From positions 37,386,001 through 37,450,000 of the forward strand of contig NC_135763.1 of assembly GCF_052425735.1 (NCBI RefSeq): 64,000 bases of DNA, given 5' to 3'. The first letter of the stretch is position 1; each line of letters starts with the position of its first letter. The position numbers were made by a program, and so were the translations under genes. Origin of the DNA: Oculina patagonica (lineage: Eukaryota). Positions 58,914 through 64,000 of the stretch are shown piece by piece. The notes below the pieces were generated by a model that saw only the letters and a program-made list of their open reading frames with translations, was not told the origin of the DNA and did not search any database.

Positions 58914-61900
58914 ATGGAAGAACAAGCTATTGCGAAATGGAATCAACCGGGCTGGAGAATAGAACAAAGGTATAACACCGATGTATTGATTGGAAATTGG
59001 AACGAAGAGAGACGAGTGGTAAGTTAAAGTTTTATTATAATAAAATCACTTTCGGAACATTCCGTGGCTATGTAATAATTTCCTTCTTGCACAATGAAAA
59101 CCAACAAGCTGTGCATAATTAGTCTGGAAAACTTATCTTGTGAATCTTTAGCGTCAAGTAATCACTCAGTCAGGTTGTTTTAATAAAGAGGGTTTCTATC
59201 CATAATTTTCGTAAACGTTCCGTCAAATGGCACACGAATAGTTTCACTAATTTTCATGTCTGTTGTTGCAAGTGTTTAAAATGCCGATCATTGATTTATT
59301 ATTCTGTACACAGCTGTAGCAAAAGTTAACAATTTCTTTGGGCACATAGCCAGCTCCGGCGCTGAGGTTTTTGTTTTATTAAAATTCCTTGTTTCTGATT
59401 TTCCCACAGTCCGTTGACAAAATATGAGATATTTAATTTCCTTTACAATTGTTTGTAAGCATTTTTGTCTGCCTGACCAAAGTTTTTATCGTGCTCTTGT
59501 TAAAAGATCGTTTTAAAAAGAAGGGAAATTTGACAATAATTATGTATCATTTTCTTATTATGAAATCATGGAGCATTTTTAAAACTTTTGTTCAGAAATT
59601 TTTTAAAACATTTTCACACCAGGAAGTAAAGAATTTCTCAAGATGTGGACTACACTGTAGCATTCCATCCCTGCATACTGCATCCTTCATAAGGGATATG
59701 GAATCAAGTGGTGTATTATTTCTAAAAATAATTGGATGAAGCAACTAGGCAAATTGCTACGGCTACTAGATGGGATGCTATTTCATTGTTGGTTAACCCC
59801 TGCATTTTTTTCAGCATGCTTTTTCAATTCGCTGGTACCCATCTAATCTATACTCCTAGGTGGAGGGAGGTACTCTGAGATTAGAACCAAGATCTCATCA
59901 TCCAACCTTCTACCTTACCATTCCAATTTCTGATCTTCTTTTTTCTTTTTCTTTTTGCTACTAGTTTGAGCGTGGCTCATCCAAATTTAACAGTACTCAC
60001 CGAGTAGATTTTAAGAACTATGGAAAATATCTCCCCGATGTCACAACCAGGAGAAAAGCACTTCAACAACACAATGTAAGTAATTACTTGGTTATCAACC
60101 TTGCACAGTTTTCTGTGCTATGGAATTAATTAGATTTAATCCACTGCAAAACCATTGAAACTGTGAGTCATGTATATTTCCCAAGATGATTACTCACCAG
60201 CTTAATGCAAAACTGTGCACAAATAAAGCTGATGTCAAACTGATCACTAGACAAAAGGCCAGATGAATACAGTGGAACCCTGTCATGCGACCACCATCAG
60301 CCCCAGGGGGGTGGGGATGTGCCACTCAGGTCTCCAAAGTAGCACCCCATTTTAGAAAGAATTTGCATTCAAAATGATACTCGAACTAGAAAGAGGTCAA
60401 TTTTTTAATTTAAGCCATTTTGGTTGCTGATAAGTTAAAACGTTTGTGCGTTCAAAATATTCCATTCTAGAAATCGTCTCTAAACTTCTTGATCAGGAGC
60501 CCAAAATCACGACCCCGTTAGGCAGCACATACCCATATAGGTATTTTTGGGGAGAACCAGATGAATACAGTGGATCCCTGTTACGCGACCACCATCAGCA
60601 CACCAGAACCTGGTCATTAGGTCAGATTCTAATTTAATTTTTGATTGGTCTTACAGGGTCTAGGAAGGGAGTTCATTTTTTCTCACCACCAAAAAGCTTA
60701 TGAAGGCAACAGAATATCATGGTATGATCAGCAATTTAATAAACGTGAGATCATTGAGTCTAGGCTGCCTCCGCTGAGGAGCTGGGACAGTCAGAAGCTG
60801 GCCTGGGCACCAGAAAAATCTGATTACCCTATTCAAGGTTTGTCAATTTACTATGCATTCATTTTACAAAAGGTTTTCTTTTACCATCACATTCAGTAGC
60901 CATCCAAGAATACTGCACAGTAATCAGTCGTCACTGGAGCTACTTCTCTCTCTTAGCCGGCAAAGGCTGTGTACAAGAAACAAGTGGCTCTGGGGACACA
61001 ATTTGATTGGGCAGGCTTGATTTTAACAAAGGGAGCTTCAAATCTACAGCCAATCAAAACAATTTACCACTCAAACTCTTACAAACTCTTGTTAGCCTGC
61101 GTGGCTGGCGTTCGTAAGAGCAGGGAGAAGGGGACGCAGGCTAAACTCTCGTATGACAAAGAGAAATTCAAAACGGTTCATTTGATTGGCTTCCTTTTGT
61201 TAAAATCCAGCCAATCAAGTCATGTGTCCCCAAGGCCACTTGTTTCTCGTGCACAGGGTTCACCGGCTAAGAGAAAATAGCCGCTATGGGGATGAGAATG
61301 CGCAGTTATTACCAAGGTCCTCATTTTGACTGTCCTTATTGCTTTTGCAGGAGAGGAGGGGAGGTGATGAAAAAAGATACATACACAAGTTTCACCTCAT
61401 ACAAACACACCTAATTTCTCCTTAAAATATCAGCAAATTTTGCAAAGCACTATACAGATCATGAGCAAAAGAATTAAGCAATCCTCAATGAAATTGTTGA
61501 CTGCAAATTTACACTACCTATACAGAAGGAAATATTTTGTTAACCAGTAATAAATATTTTCAATTTCAACATCTTGGCTCCTCAAACTCATTAATAATTC
61601 AACAAGTTAAAACAAAAACATGACCAAGAAGGTTTGGATGCCCAGTCTTAACTAGCATTGATTTTTAAGATTTTATTTCTCCATTAACTTCGTAGTTTTC
61701 GCTTCGATTGAGAAGATACATCAAACACTCAAGACAGTGTTTCATCTGCTATCCAAACACCTTGAATTTTGTCAATAGATCACTGCATGTCATATTTTTA
61801 GCTCTCTTCTCGGTGTTAGGAAATCCATATGGAACATTGTCGCTTGTGTTTGATATACAGTAAAACCCCGGTAACTCGAACTCGGATAACTCGAACAACC

Positions 61901-62727
61901 CCGCTTACTCGAACAAACTTCCATTTCCCTTGGATTTGACCTCACTTTTCAGTCATTTTTACTTGGTTAACTCGAACTCGGATAACTCGAAAACCCCGCT
62001 AACTTGAACTAAATTTCGTTTCCCTTGATCAAAATTTGGGCCAAATTTACCCCGATAACTCAAATTCCGGTTCCTGCAACTCACCGCGGTTGCCCATTGA
62101 TTAGAACAACAAAACAGATCACGTATTTGACAGCCTTTTTCCACTCTTATCCTAAGAATTTATGATCGTGTTAGAGTTTCTGACGCGATAAGTTTAATTT
62201 GCACTGTGCTGAATACTGAAATGCTGTAAAATCAGTTAACTATCAATTATTAACTTGGCAAATTAAATATTCAATCTACCCCGATAACTCGAAACCGCGC
62301 TAACTCGAATGGTTTTTCGTTTCCCTTCAGAGTTCGAGTTACCGGGGTTCTACTGTATTACTTTAAGGGTAAATTGTTATCAGGAATAACACAGTTTTGT
62401 TTTCATTTGTCTCTAGGACATCCCACAAACTATGGACTTTTACAAAAACTTCAGGAAAAGTGGAAAAAAGAGGCAGCTATGGAGAGCCTGGGGACAAATG
62501 TAACGACATACAATCTGTCGTACAACCCTCATCCAAGGGAATCTTTTTCTTACCAACACCATGCCCCATCTAAGAGTATCTCATGTCACTTTCATCCTCA
62601 TCGTGTCAACAAAGATCTGCATTTACGCGGGAAACAGATGAACAGTGTTCCAGAATTTCCACCGACTCTTGCTGTTCCACACAATGTACCACCTGATTTT
62701 CCACAATCAACAATTCTCATGATTTAA
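58914..62727 (+). CDS. CFAP107: Cilia- and flagella-associated protein 107 (C1orf158 homolog), 235 aa, 4 exons
   Basis: Exons 58914-59018, 59965-60075, 60657-60837 and 62417-62727. Motifs PGWRIEQRYNTDVLIGNWNEERR, ISWYDQQFN and LPPLRSWDSQKLAWAPEKSDYPIQGHPTNYGL. Confidence 0.88.
60940..61285. repeat. Foldback element with a 51-bp TAG...CTA MITE (61093-61143, 9-bp TSD) inserted at its centre
   Basis: Outer arms CTCTTAGCCGG...AGAAACAAGTGGC / GCCACTTGTTTCT...CCGGCTAAGAG. Inner TAGCCTGCGT...ACGCAGGCTA flanked by AACTCTTGT and AACTCTCGT. Confidence 0.75.
61858..62355. mobile_element. Tc1/mariner-type MITE in CFAP107 intron 3
   Basis: TIR CAGTAAAACCCCGGTAACTCGAAC / GTTCGAGTTACCGGGGTTCTACTG with TA flanks and internal TAACTCGAA repeats. 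Confidence 0.85.
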
Positions 62728-63671
62728 AATAATACTGATTGGTGGTATTGATTGCTTAAAAGGAACTTTTCCCTCACTCCACTTCACTTCACGTTCCCAG
62801 ATTCTAAATAACCTCGACAAGTTTATAAAAGTTAAAAAATGATTTTTATTCTCTTTTTGTAAAGAGGTATTCATTGTATCACATACACCTATGATAACTT
62901 ACAGCTTGTTTTCCCCAGATAACCAAAAAAAGATTAAGAAATCTCTGAAAGCGTCATAAAAAAATTTCCCAAGAAGTTCATCTTCATGTCTTTTAATGTG
63001 TACCAAACAAATAATGCTGTGAACTAGCAGTGCTCTAGTTGTTCCACCATGCAGGCAGTTTTCAGCCAACAAGCTGTAAGCTTATAGTTGGTGACCCAAA
63101 ACACATCAATTTTGACACCCATAGCTGATCACTTAAAAGTACATGTATGTGGCAACTATAAACTACCGGTAAATCATGAAAAGCTAGTAATAACAGTCCC
63201 CTAGTTTAAGAAAGGCAGCTCTGTGAATTCTACTAACAATAAAGAAAACACCATTGCCAGCATCTAGCTATCTAGTAGTATCTCAGTTAACAAATAAAAC
63301 TTCAAACTAAAAAAAAAAGAAAATGAGATAAGCCATTTTTTCCTTGAGATAAAACATTTACAACCTGAATATCTGAAACTATTATGAAGTCACAGTAATG
63401 TAGTTATAGAGAGTGAAGATTAACTGGCAAGCTTGTTTCAAAAGAAAAGTGTGAGATATCAATGGAACTAACTTCTGTAAAAAGCAGTTTGAAAGAAGTC
63501 AATTCATGACTTGTGCAATTGAGATAAATTTGTAATATATTTTTAAAAAATAAAGTTATTGTACTTTTTTACATACAAGGTTATGGCATTTTAATTTAAT
63601 TCTTATAGGTTACCATTTAAATAGTAAATTATTAATCTATCCCTGTACCCTCAGCATCCTTTATCATTGTG

Positions 63672-63917
63672 TTACTTGGTTGGTTCTTTTTTCCTAGTCA
63701 CTGGTAATTTTCTATTTCCAGGCCGATGCAGTTGTTGTGGATTATTCTCTGGAACTGCCATTAGTAGAACTTGTTCTAGGATTATTGCAGTCAGCCCCCA
63801 TATCCGGTGAGGTCCATTAAGAAATAGCGGTAAGACAGCTTGTGATGTAAACTTGGTATACCCGCGATTGATTGGATTACAGACATGCTCCAGAGTAAGC
63901 GTAAAGACAGATTCCAC
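63672..63917 (-). CDS. NUDT8: Last exon of the Nudix hydrolase NUDT8 (CoA diphosphatase type); the rest lies beyond the window
   Basis: Acceptor CTGCAG|GTG at 63917, then VESVFTLTLEHVCNPINRGYTKF...LPLFLNGPHRIWGLTAIILEQVL, matching the NUDT8 C-terminus. Confidence 0.8.
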   Translation of the reverse strand: MESVFTLTLEHVCNPINRGYTKFTSQAVLPLFLNGPHRIWGLTAIILEQVLLMAVPENNPQQLHRPGNRKLPVTRKKEPTK

Positions 63918-64000
63918 CTGCAGACATGGCAAATGATTATGGAATCTCAGATGACGCTAAAGCGACTCAGATTTGTCCTTGTTACTGTTTTTTCGAAATA

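Noticed and set aside
61858-62355. CRISPR-like spaced repeats (TAACTCGAA; also AATAAGCGCCGC at 26300-26790)
   Set aside because: Short, irregularly spaced subterminal repeats inside TIR/TA-bounded MITEs, in a eukaryotic context with no cas genes.

Overview
AT-rich, intron-containing animal genomic DNA. The repeat landscape and gene style suggest a stony coral or other anthozoan (inference). I assembled the gene models by hand, checking GT-AG boundaries and phases. Left to right: an unknown ORF running off the left edge (-); C8orf33/UPF0488 (-, 7 exons) head-to-head with a 188-aa Cys-rich protein ending in a SOCS box (+, 2 exons); CLCN6 (-, 24 exons, 884 aa, with one U12-type intron and a decayed duplicate of exon 10); a MARCH-type RING-CH E3 ligase (+); a single-exon 377-aa low-complexity orphan ORF (-); a ~5-6 kb tandem duplication holding two GT31/beta-1,3-galactosyltransferase-like genes (+) and a second, 5'-less but open and mostly silently diverged copy of ELP5 exons 6-10 (-); full ELP5 (-, 10 exons) head-to-head with CFAP107/C1orf158 (+, X-box promoter); and the last exon of NUDT8 (-). 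Introns and spacers contain many MITEs (TA, AAT and 9-bp TSD classes), tRNA-derived SINEs, an RTE-like LINE fragment and foldback hairpins. The strongest leads are the constrained headless ELP5 3' module, the double-anchored GT31 paralog pair, the Zn-finger/SOCS-box protein and the CLCN6 relic exon. All homology calls come from recalled family motifs, not database searches.
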